Shown here: positions 7,314-14,496 of the stretch, one piece after another | Layout: each line of letters opens with the position of its first letter | Position numbering within the stretch: position 1 is the stretch's first letter | IMG/VR virus record: IMGVR_UViG_3300033485_000076 | Span: 1 to 25,360 of that record | Reading direction: 5' to 3' (one strand) | Origin: a virus | Lineage: Duplodnaviria > Caudoviricetes | Length of the DNA: 25,360 nt | Translations under genes and position numbers: made by a program | The notes under the pieces: model-generated | Told to the model about the DNA's origin: nothing | Databases searched by the model: none | The model's input: only the letters and a program-made list of their open reading frames with translations

Positions 7314-7326
7314 TAAGTGGTTGATT
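7314..7326 (-). promoter_or_regulatory. IHF binding site
   Basis: Minus strand AATCAACCACTTA is an exact match to WATCAANNNNTTR, lying between the palindromes and the promoter. Confidence 0.75.
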
Positions 7327-7352
7327 TTATTGGACGGCTCCTAGTGTAAAAA

Positions 7353-7370
7353 CTGGCACACGGTCTGCAA
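7353..7370 (+). promoter_or_regulatory. Sigma54 (RpoN) -24/-12 promoter
   Basis: CTGGCACACGGTCTGCAA: GG(7355-6)-N10-GC(7367-8), intergenic, in an AT-rich context; predicted TSS about 7380. Confidence 0.8.
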
Positions 7371-7381
7371 TAGACCCTGGC

Positions 7382-7573
7382 ATGAACGCAAACACGATGA
7401 CCGAGAAGCAAGAGCAGGCGAGAATCGAAGCGATATTTGCAATGAGCGAGAGAAGCATCAAGGTGCTGTGGGGATGTGTTGTGGAGCGCGGGCTCGGGTG
7501 CAATTGGAGAGTGCACGGCGTGCACACGGCGTTCCAAGGGGTGATGGAGACGATAAAGATGCTGCAGTGGTAG
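7382..7573 (+). CDS. Hypothetical protein (63 aa), probably leaderless
   Basis: ATG about 2 nt from the predicted TSS with no SD; the stop lies immediately before the ribozyme. Confidence 0.6.
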   Translation: MNANTMTEKQEQARIEAIFAMSERSIKVLWGCVVERGLGCNWRVHGVHTAFQGVMETIKMLQW

Positions 7574-7576
7574 ACA

Positions 7577-7636
7577 GCCGAAACCGCCACGGGCGGTCTG
7601 CGCCACCTGGCCCAGGCGCGCTGACGAGGCAGGCCA
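7577..7636 (+). ncRNA. Hammerhead ribozyme, type II, with loop I / 3'-tail pseudoknot
   Basis: GCC-GAAA-CCGCC(ACG)GGCGG-UC^-UGCGCC(ACCUGGCCCA)GGCGCG-CUGACGA-GGC-A-GGCCA. Complete catalytic core and stems I-III; UGGCC(7608-12) pairs with GGCCA(7632-36); cleavage predicted after C7598. Confidence 0.9.
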
Positions 7637-7651
7637 CAGGAGGACACGACA

Positions 7652-7945
7652 ATGGCAAGAAGCTACGTCTTCGCGACCGACATCAGCCGCTGGAGCCAGG
7701 ACCCGATCACTGACAATGTGCACCTACGGCTATGCGCCGCAGCCACGGCATGGCTCACGGACCACGAAGGTGACGAGCTGCTCATCGCCGTCCGCCCGGT
7801 GCGCAATGGCGAGGCCGACGGGGTCTACGAGGTACGACCGGACGGCAGCCTCCAGATCCTAGGGTGCTCTTACGATGTGCCAGGCGAGGTGTCGGAGTTG
7901 CTCGACAGGGCGATGGACGCCGCAAACAAGATGGTGTGGGGATAG
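7652..7945 (+). CDS. Hypothetical protein (97 aa, acidic)
   Basis: Strong AGGAGG SD (7638-7643) right after the ribozyme. Confidence 0.8.
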   Translation: MARSYVFATDISRWSQDPITDNVHLRLCAAATAWLTDHEGDELLIAVRPVRNGEADGVYEVRPDGSLQILGCSYDVPGEVSELLDRAMDAANKMVWG

Positions 7946-8006
7946 CAACCCGCCGGCAACGTGCTGTCGGCTCGCGGGGCCCGCTTGAGAGGGTTGGCTA
8001 CGCGTC

Positions 8007-8051
8007 TGGTTGCGAGTTGCGGTCCTGGTTGCAGGAATCGAGATTGGTTGC
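8007..8051. repeat. Three TGGTTGC direct repeats with exact 19-bp period
   Basis: Starts at 8007, 8026 and 8045 in the convergent intergenic region. Confidence 0.75.
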
Positions 8052-8055
8052 AGAC

Positions 8056-8493
8056 TCACCCCGCCGGCGGCATCGGGACCTTGAGCCCGGATCCAAGCGC
8101 GCGCACCGTCGACTCCACCTTCGCGCCGATCAACGCATCCAAAGCCTGACCCTGCAGACCAAGCACCTTGCTCAACTCGGATACGCCCTTGCTCCCCAGG
8201 TAGAGCTTCGCCGACGACACAGCCCGGGCCTTTGCTTCTTGCCTCTCAGCCTCGGTGAGCTTCCCGTCTGACGCCCGCGCCTTTGCCACGTCGACGTAGA
8301 CCTGTGCCGTCTCTGCGACCGCGGTCACGACGGCCTCGGAGAGTCTCGCCAGAGCGCCGGCCGCGTATTCATTGCGCACCTTGCCGCGGATCCACTTCTC
8401 GAGTCTAGCCGCCGCCAGGCCTGCGAGAGCCACGGCCACCGGGGCGAGGAGCTTTGCGACATCGATTCCCACCGCTGCCAGTTGATCCTTCAC
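8056..8493 (-). CDS. Putative holin (LL-H-like, single N-terminal TM)
   Basis: TM segment LLAPVAVALAGLAAA followed by AVxETxQxYVD..K...DGKLT..E...AK; adjacent to the endolysin. Confidence 0.7.
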   Translation of the reverse strand: MKDQLAAVGIDVAKLLAPVAVALAGLAAARLEKWIRGKVRNEYAAGALARLSEAVVTAVAETAQVYVDVAKARASDGKLTEAERQEAKARAVSSAKLYLGSKGVSELSKVLGLQGQALDALIGAKVESTVRALGSGLKVPMPPAG

Positions 8494-8502
8494 GTCGACC
8501 TC

Positions 8503-9096
8503 CTACGCGGCCCGCAATCGGGACGCTTCAAACACGTGCCAAAACCGCGCGACGCCGGCGAGCACCGCGAGCTGAATCCCTGCCTTGATCGACTCACGCT
8601 GGAGCTGCTCGGAGTCGTGCGCATTGCTCAAAAAGCCCTGCTCTAGAAGCACGGCCGTATGCTCGTGGGCGCCAAGCACATTCCTAACGCGACTCCAGCC
8701 GAGGTCCGCCGGCGTGGCAATCGCTCCGATCTCATCCGGGTACGCGTCTGCTATTACGTGCGCGACTGCCTCTCCGATTTCGTTGCCAGGCCAGAAAAAA
8801 GCTCGCCCACCGTGCGCATACTCCTGGACCACGGAATCGCAGTGCAGCGAGATCAAGAGGTGGTATCCCGCAGCCTGCGCGGAAGCCTCGCGCTGCGCAT
8901 GGCTCGGACACACGTCGGGCCCGTACCGCAGCAGCACCGGCGTCACTGGCCACTGGGCGAGCTGAATCAGCGTGCGCAACTCGAGCGCCTGTGCCAGCAC
9001 GTAGTCATCCTCCCACAGCGACTCGTCACGGGTGCGGCATCCTGTGCGTCCCCCGTGCCCGGGGTCGATTGCAACCACGAGGTTCTCGGCCGTCAT
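8503..9096 (-). CDS. Endolysin, N-acetylmuramoyl-L-alanine amidase (Amidase_3)
   Basis: IDPGHGG, E, ISLHCD, AVLLEQGFLSN; GAGGAGG SD before the ATG at 9096. Confidence 0.9.
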   Translation of the reverse strand: MTAENLVVAIDPGHGGRTGCRTRDESLWEDDYVLAQALELRTLIQLAQWPVTPVLLRYGPDVCPSHAQREASAQAAGYHLLISLHCDSVVQEYAHGGRAFFWPGNEIGEAVAHVIADAYPDEIGAIATPADLGWSRVRNVLGAHEHTAVLLEQGFLSNAHDSEQLQRESIKAGIQLAVLAGVARFWHVFEASRLRAA

Positions 9097-9323
9097 CTGA
9101 TCCTCCTCGGCTCCACGCACTCGAGCACCCGGCGCATGTCGCAGGCCATCTCGGCGAGAACCTCGGTGAGTCGAGCCAGCTCGACACCGTACGCCTCGTG
9201 CTGTGATCGATTCTCCTCGCGGAGTTCGCGCACCTCGGCAGCGAGAGCAGCCACGTCGCACTGGGCAGTCAGTGCAGACAGCAACGCCCGGCTGTCGTCG
9301 AGGCTGGCGGACACGGCGCTCAC
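9093..9323 (-). CDS. Small coiled-coil protein in the lysis region
   Basis: Overlaps both neighbours by 4 nt; heptad pattern. Confidence 0.6.
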   Translation of the reverse strand: MSAVSASLDDSRALLSALTAQCDVAALAAEVRELREENRSQHEAYGVELARLTEVLAEMACDMRRVLECVEPRRIR

Positions 9324-9634
9324 CGTGGCCCCCTGCGCTGCATGAGCGCTGCGCGGATTTCAGCGAGCTCGGAGCGCATCTCAGCTCGCATCTCCCGTAC
9401 GTCTGAGCGTACGAGGTCGAATGACTCACGCACCTCGGCGCGCACCTCTGTCTTGATCCGTTCGTGAGCTGCGGCAGCCTCGGCTTTGCTCTCGAACCCG
9501 AAGTCGATCCCGAGCACTCGGCACGCCGTCGCGATCCCTACGATTGCCCCGGCAACCATCGTGGCGAACTTGGCCCACCACACCGCCCGCTTCCCCGGGG
9601 CCCACTTGCGATCTGCCACCTCTGCGTCGGCCAT
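9320..9634 (-). CDS. Membrane protein (one TM plus C-terminal coiled coil), lysis-associated candidate
   Basis: AGGAG SD; hydrophobic FATMVAGAIVGIATAC; charged heptad tail. Confidence 0.7.
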   Translation of the reverse strand: MADAEVADRKWAPGKRAVWWAKFATMVAGAIVGIATACRVLGIDFGFESKAEAAAAHERIKTEVRAEVRESFDLVRSDVREMRAEMRSELAEIRAALMQRRGPR

Positions 9635-9644
9635 GGTACATCTC

Positions 9645-9959
9645 CTACTTCTTCTTCGCCGCCTCTCCGAGGCACGCCTGCATCTCAGGTGACCCCCAGG
9701 TGCCGTTGCAGATCCAGCCGTCGACGACCACGCCGTCGACTGTGATCGCCTGCGGTCCTTCGCACGACGGATCCGCTGATCCAGTCAGACGGCCGACGAG
9801 CTCGCGGCACTCTCGCGTCGCGTGCTCGAGCGCACCGACCGGCCTGGCCACCACGGCCGGCGGTGGCGAACTGGGCTCCGTGCCGAGTTCGTACCCGGCG
9901 CCAAAAGCGCCAGCGATAGCGAGAGCAGAGGCCGCGACGCGTACTGATGTGCTGCCCAT
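9645..9959 (-). CDS. Exported or membrane-anchored protein with 4 Cys
   Basis: GAGGAG SD; N-terminal hydrophobic VAASALAIAGAFGAGY. Confidence 0.65.
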   Translation of the reverse strand: MGSTSVRVAASALAIAGAFGAGYELGTEPSSPPPAVVARPVGALEHATRECRELVGRLTGSADPSCEGPQAITVDGVVVDGWICNGTWGSPEMQACLGEAAKKK

Positions 9960-9967
9960 GGTGCTCC

Positions 9968-10261
9968 TCAGTTCTTCGTCCACTGGCCGGCGAAGGTGAA
10001 AGTGACACTCACGTCCGTCTCTGTGGCTCCTCGCGTGAAGCTCACAACCGTACCCTCTTCGATGGTGCACGCCCCTGGCGCCAACCCGAGCGCCGCCTCT
10101 GCGTCTGGACACATCGCTGTGTCGACACGCTCCCAGATCTGAGAGATCGTCGGGACGGTATTTGCGTAGCTCTTGCTGAGAGTCAGGTTGCGCGCGAAAG
10201 ATGATGCGTAACCGACAGCAGCACCGAACAGAACAAGCACGAACGGTAGAATTCGTTTCAT
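9968..10261 (-). CDS. Signal-peptide protein (97 aa)
   Basis: GAGGAG SD; MKRILPFVLVLFGAAVGYASSFA; 2 Cys. Confidence 0.75.
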   Translation of the reverse strand: MKRILPFVLVLFGAAVGYASSFARNLTLSKSYANTVPTISQIWERVDTAMCPDAEAALGLAPGACTIEEGTVVSFTRGATETDVSVTFTFAGQWTKN

Positions 10262-10275
10262 TGTAGTTGGTCTCC

Positions 10276-13122
10276 TCAGTCAGCAGGCCCGGCCGCGAGA
10301 GCCGCGCACTTCCACGTGTTGGTTGCCGTGCAGACGCACAGTTCGACAGTTGCACCACCTGTATCGATTCGCACCATGTCCTTGTCGCACGTTGCCCCGA
10401 CATCCTCTTGCGCGAGCTCGATGATGTTCACGTCGTTGTAGTCGACCGTGGTTCCGTCCGCGTTGATGCTGTCTGCAGCGATGGTGCCGACGTTGGTCAA
10501 GTTTCCGTCTCCGAGGTCGGCAGCCGTGCAGGCAAACGACGCGGCGCCAACGTCGAACTGGCTTTCGTCCTCCATCCACGTAAGTGTCCCGTCCGAAGTC
10601 TCACCGTTGAGCTGCAACGCGTAGTCGACATCCGCGGTCCCGGTGCCGATCACGGCCACGGTGTCGTGCAGGTCCAGCATTGCAGTCGCAGTGCCGGCGT
10701 CGTTTGGCGCACTCAGCCGCAAGTATGGGTCTGCACCGTAGATTGCCTGGATCGTCGCGGTGTCGACGGTGCCGGCGTTGTTGGCCTGCAGCTTGAGCGT
10801 ATCGGAGTTGGTGTTGCTGCCGCTGTGAGTCAGCAGCACGTCGTTGCCGGCGGGATCGAGGAGGATGTCTCCTGACCCTGTGGCGATCACGCCGTTGTTG
10901 ACGTCGCGGTAAATGCTTAGCCATTGGGTGTTGTCTGTGTCTGGATCTGTGGCGCTGTGCCAGAACACAGTTGTCTGTGCACTTGGTGTGTCGTGATCAT
11001 GGTCCTTGAGATAGTTGGCAAAAGAAGTGAAGATAATGTTACTATTTCCAAGACCATCGGTCATGGTTGGCGAGATCCTCAACCCGTCATCTGACCCGCC
11101 ATAGAACGAAGCGTAGTTGGTCACCTGCAACTCAGATCCAATGCGGGCCCCATTGTCAGCCCAAAGTGTACCATTCGCCTCGATAGCACCGCCGACCAGC
11201 ACGTCATTGGATACCAAGCTGTGACTCGTGGTCCCTGGTGCGCCCAACACGAGCACTGCCGTCGAGTCGTAGATGCGCTGACCGTTGGCGTTCAGCGGCC
11301 CGGTAGATAGCGTGGTGGCCGTAGTGCTGAAACTCATCATGGTGTTCGTGCCTGCAACAATTGCCCACGTGTTGGCCGCAGTCCTACGAACTCCAGTATC
11401 CGGGTCGTCGATGAACGCCAACCCGGGAGCAGCCGCAGAGCCGTCAGGGAAAAGGTACTGGCCATCTGCCCCGCCAGTGGCCGTACCGAACGCTCCGCCT
11501 CCGCCTGCATCAGCAATCACCGGAGTCGAGAACGTGCACACAGTCGACACTGCCGGGGTGAAGTACACCACCGCCGTTGAGCACGTACCGTCAACGCACG
11601 AGGCAGTGAGTCCTGCCGGGATCGTCGCGGCGTTCTTGAGATTGAGCGCGCACTCCGCGTTGTCAGCGGCAGCCGCGCACACCCAGCTCGTGCCGGCAGT
11701 GAGCACTGTCGATGCGCCGTCGACGGTGAAGGTCAGCGTGTCTCCTGCACTGTTCGCCTTGTCTGTGACGGTCACGAGTCTTCGGCCTATCCCGGGGCAA
11801 TTGCGCACCGACGCGCCGGCTGTGTTGACCGTGGCCTGGGCGTATGCGTCGGCCGGGTGGATCGAGATCGTCGCAGGTGCGGCGTCGGTCACTGGGGCCG
11901 TGCCTTGCACGGTCGTCAGGTCGACCGCCGACCAGCTCGTGCCGTCTGCGCTCACGGTGTCGACGTCGAGGTCGCCGACGTTGGTGAGGTTGCCGTCTGA
12001 CGCGTCAAGTCCTGTGCATGCGAGAGCTATGCTGCCAGTGTCGATGGTCGTGACACCAGTCGAACTCGAGATCCCGACCGTGTCAGCCACTGTCTCGAGG
12101 TCGAGCTTCAAATCCTCGTCGTTGGCCGCGCCGTCTCCTTGGATGATCAGATCCCCGGCCACGTCATTGGTGATCTTGGTGCCGTGCTGCAGGTTCAGAT
12201 CGGCCGTGAACCCTCCGCCTGCGTCACCGATCCTGATCGCCGCGTCTGCGTTGCGCTGTGTCGCGTGCTCGCCGTAGATCCACAGGCCCCAGAAGTTGTT
12301 GACGTTGTTGACACTCGCGGCGCTGAAGTACGGAGCCATCCAGATGCGCTCGCCACAGAACGCCGTCCCAGCCTCCGCTGTGACCTCTGGGCCCCCGGAG
12401 TATGAGGCGCGCGCCGACGCTTCCACGCCAACGCTCGTGCGCGCCGTCGCAGTTGGCTCCGTCGCAGTGTCGATGTACGTGCGGCCGTAGACTCCTCTGA
12501 ATGTACCAGCCTCGTCGGCGCTCTGAGAGCGAGCAACGCCCTCAACTCCCTGAACCGTGAAGGTGCCGTTGGTCGCGACTGTGCGGTTGTATGCTCCGTA
12601 CACGCTGGTGAGTTCGCCTGCTGGGTCATGCGTGCCAGTCGTCGTGAAACTGAACACGCGACTGCCATCGGCGAGGCCGGACGCGTCGGTGAACGCGGCT
12701 GCGACGCGCTCATCGAAGTAAGAGATGCCGTTAACCTCGAGCACTCCAGCGATCCCAACGTCCGGAGCGTGGTCCCATACAGGGCAGGCACCCGAGCACT
12801 CGTAGATCTTGGGACCTGTGATTGTCGATCCCGCCTCCGCTGTGAACGCGTTCGCTGCGAAGCTGAAGTCCTTTGCCCCATTCACGTAGACGTCGACCAC
12901 ATCGTCGACAGAGCACTCGAGTCGGGTGTCGCCATCAGCGTCGGTGATCAGATCGTGCCCGTTCAGATCCACATCACCGCGCGCCACTCCAGATCCGCTG
13001 ATGTAGCCCTTCCCCTGTGCGAGGTCGGTGGCAGGAACGGGAAGCGAGAACGCGAAGCTCGCACCGAGCATGATCGCCAATCCGAGAGACAGCCCAGCCA
13101 TGATGGTCAGTCGTCGTTCCAT
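10276..13122 (-). CDS. Large fibre/spike-like protein with an N-terminal signal peptide (948 aa)
   Basis: Rich in G/T/A/D. Fibre-type motif FPDGSAAAPGLAFxxDxDTG; internal repeat ACTxxDxxDGNLTNVG; C-terminal LCVCTATNTWK; N-terminus MERRLTIMAGLSLGLAIMLGASFA. Confidence 0.7.
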   Translation of the reverse strand: MERRLTIMAGLSLGLAIMLGASFAFSLPVPATDLAQGKGYISGSGVARGDVDLNGHDLITDADGDTRLECSVDDVVDVYVNGAKDFSFAANAFTAEAGSTITGPKIYECSGACPVWDHAPDVGIAGVLEVNGISYFDERVAAAFTDASGLADGSRVFSFTTTGTHDPAGELTSVYGAYNRTVATNGTFTVQGVEGVARSQSADEAGTFRGVYGRTYIDTATEPTATARTSVGVEASARASYSGGPEVTAEAGTAFCGERIWMAPYFSAASVNNVNNFWGLWIYGEHATQRNADAAIRIGDAGGGFTADLNLQHGTKITNDVAGDLIIQGDGAANDEDLKLDLETVADTVGISSSTGVTTIDTGSIALACTGLDASDGNLTNVGDLDVDTVSADGTSWSAVDLTTVQGTAPVTDAAPATISIHPADAYAQATVNTAGASVRNCPGIGRRLVTVTDKANSAGDTLTFTVDGASTVLTAGTSWVCAAAADNAECALNLKNAATIPAGLTASCVDGTCSTAVVYFTPAVSTVCTFSTPVIADAGGGGAFGTATGGADGQYLFPDGSAAAPGLAFIDDPDTGVRRTAANTWAIVAGTNTMMSFSTTATTLSTGPLNANGQRIYDSTAVLVLGAPGTTSHSLVSNDVLVGGAIEANGTLWADNGARIGSELQVTNYASFYGGSDDGLRISPTMTDGLGNSNIIFTSFANYLKDHDHDTPSAQTTVFWHSATDPDTDNTQWLSIYRDVNNGVIATGSGDILLDPAGNDVLLTHSGSNTNSDTLKLQANNAGTVDTATIQAIYGADPYLRLSAPNDAGTATAMLDLHDTVAVIGTGTADVDYALQLNGETSDGTLTWMEDESQFDVGAASFACTAADLGDGNLTNVGTIAADSINADGTTVDYNDVNIIELAQEDVGATCDKDMVRIDTGGATVELCVCTATNTWKCAALAAGPAD

Positions 13123-13126
13123 TTGT

Positions 13127-13594
13127 CTACTCCGCCACTGTAAGGCTGGCCGTCACGGTGTCGCCGGCTGCGCCGAGCACGCTGCCAATCGTGCAACGCA
13201 GGTACCTGAACCGCATCGGCACCTCGAAGAAAATATTGGCGCTCGCACCGCCAGTCACCCAGCGCCACGTCCTCTGGTAATGGTCGAGCACCCCGGCACC
13301 CATGTCGTCGAGCTCGGGGACGATGTACCACTTGGCGTTGTCTGGCGACTCAATGCAGGTCATCGTCACGTGGGTCGCTGCTGCCCACGTGTACTCGACC
13401 TGCACGAGCGCCGTCTGCCACCCTCCAATGTTCACGGCGTCGAACGTCTTGGAGACATTGATCGACAGCCCAGTGAACGCCGCCCCGCTGACGGTAAGAT
13501 TATACGACCCGTACTCCCGCGGGCCAGGGCCGACTGCCAGCGCCTGGATCGGAATGAATGCGACAGCAACAACGAACGTCAATACTCTCGACAT
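13127..13594 (-). CDS. Signal-peptide beta-sandwich protein resembling capsid decoration/spike-base proteins
   Basis: MSRVLTFVVAVAFIPIQALA signal with AxA site; ESPDNAKW...RYLRCT pattern. Confidence 0.65.
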   Translation of the reverse strand: MSRVLTFVVAVAFIPIQALAVGPGPREYGSYNLTVSGAAFTGLSINVSKTFDAVNIGGWQTALVQVEYTWAAATHVTMTCIESPDNAKWYIVPELDDMGAGVLDHYQRTWRWVTGGASANIFFEVPMRFRYLRCTIGSVLGAAGDTVTASLTVAE

Positions 13595-13616
13595 GATTCC
13601 TCCATGATAGTGGCGA

Positions 13617-14480
13617 TCACTCGACTTTTGTTACAGCAAACCTAGTTCTTGAGCTGCTCGCTGCTCCGTAGATTGTCAGCGTGCCAGCATGATCGCTAAA
13701 CAGATGCATCGTTATTGTCGAACCGCGCGTAAAGTACCCAGTGAAGTTCACTTCAACAGAAACGTCGGTGTCGTCAGCAGCCACTGCTCCGGATGTCGTT
13801 CCGTAGGCTAGATACGAGGCCCCATCCATCAGAACTAGGGTCGCGCTCTCGTTGGTGTCCACGTCGAGAACAAGGGCCGCTGCGTTTGCCGTGTATATTC
13901 CAGACTCTGGGCAGGTCCACGTAAACGTTCCCGTGTTGTAGGTTGACCCGTAGTCATAGACCTCCGTGTCGGGTTGGATTTGTCCGTACGACGTGCTAAC
14001 TCCGGCCTGACTTGAGCTCAGATACGCGAAGAAGCACTTCGGCATCACAAACAGATCCGCGAAGTCCACCCACGCGTTGAACGTGGTAGCTGCCTTGAGA
14101 ACGCTGAGCTTCGCCATCCTCGCCGTCGACGGCGCGTCGAAGATGCCGGAGTACTGGATCCAACTGCTCGCAGCAGACAGCACAGCCGCGTGGATGTTGC
14201 TGTCGGAGATGTACACGCCAGCGGACGTGTACCAACGAATGCGAGCGGTCAGTGTATCTCCGGCGGCGATGCTGTCGGCCATCAGAGTGAACTCGGCGCG
14301 GTAGGGGCTTCCGCCTTTCACGCTGACAGCTCGATCCCATGCGATCTCAGTGGCGACTGCCGTGTTCTTGAGCTTTACCGACGCGTCTCCTATCGTACCA
14401 GTAGTAGTAGTGTCGAGCTCGGCGTCGGTGTTCCAGGTCCCGGTCACCATCGCCCAGCCATCAGGCACGTACGTGGACAT
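13617..14480 (-). CDS. Putative receptor-binding tail protein: CBM-like domain plus C-terminal C1q-like domain
   Basis: GAGGAGG SD before MSTYVPDGW; FFAYLSS...DTEVYDYGSTYNTGTFTWTCPESGIY is a C1q-like pattern. Confidence 0.7.
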   Translation of the reverse strand: MSTYVPDGWAMVTGTWNTDAELDTTTTGTIGDASVKLKNTAVATEIAWDRAVSVKGGSPYRAEFTLMADSIAAGDTLTARIRWYTSAGVYISDSNIHAAVLSAASSWIQYSGIFDAPSTARMAKLSVLKAATTFNAWVDFADLFVMPKCFFAYLSSSQAGVSTSYGQIQPDTEVYDYGSTYNTGTFTWTCPESGIYTANAAALVLDVDTNESATLVLMDGASYLAYGTTSGAVAADDTDVSVEVNFTGYFTRGSTITMHLFSDHAGTLTIYGAASSSRTRFAVTKVE

Positions 14481-14496
14481 CTCTTCCTCCTCTGAC

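Noticed and set aside
7940-8000. Twister or second hammerhead ribozyme
   Set aside because: Stems are possible, but I could not find the conserved catalytic core nucleotides.
8007-8051. CRISPR mini-array
   Set aside because: Repeats of 7 bp and spacers of 12 bp are far too short; no cas genes.
7859-8059. Minus-strand 66-aa ORF after the holin
   Set aside because: Low-complexity translation of the repeat region that overlaps a better-supported + strand gene.
8503-9429. 308-aa version of the endolysin, and similarly extended starts in the ORF track (727, 1539, 2931, 5142, 14687, 16251, 23585)
   Set aside because: The extensions overlap other genes; downstream starts have an SD and/or stop-start overlap and coincide with domain boundaries.
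9093-9959. Firm spanin (Rz/Rz1) assignment
   Set aside because: TM and coiled-coil proteins are present, but I found no lipobox-bearing o-spanin in the lysis region.
10276-14480. Diversity-generating retroelement target/template pair
   Set aside because: No reverse transcriptase in the window and no near-identical repeat pair differing only at adenines was seen.
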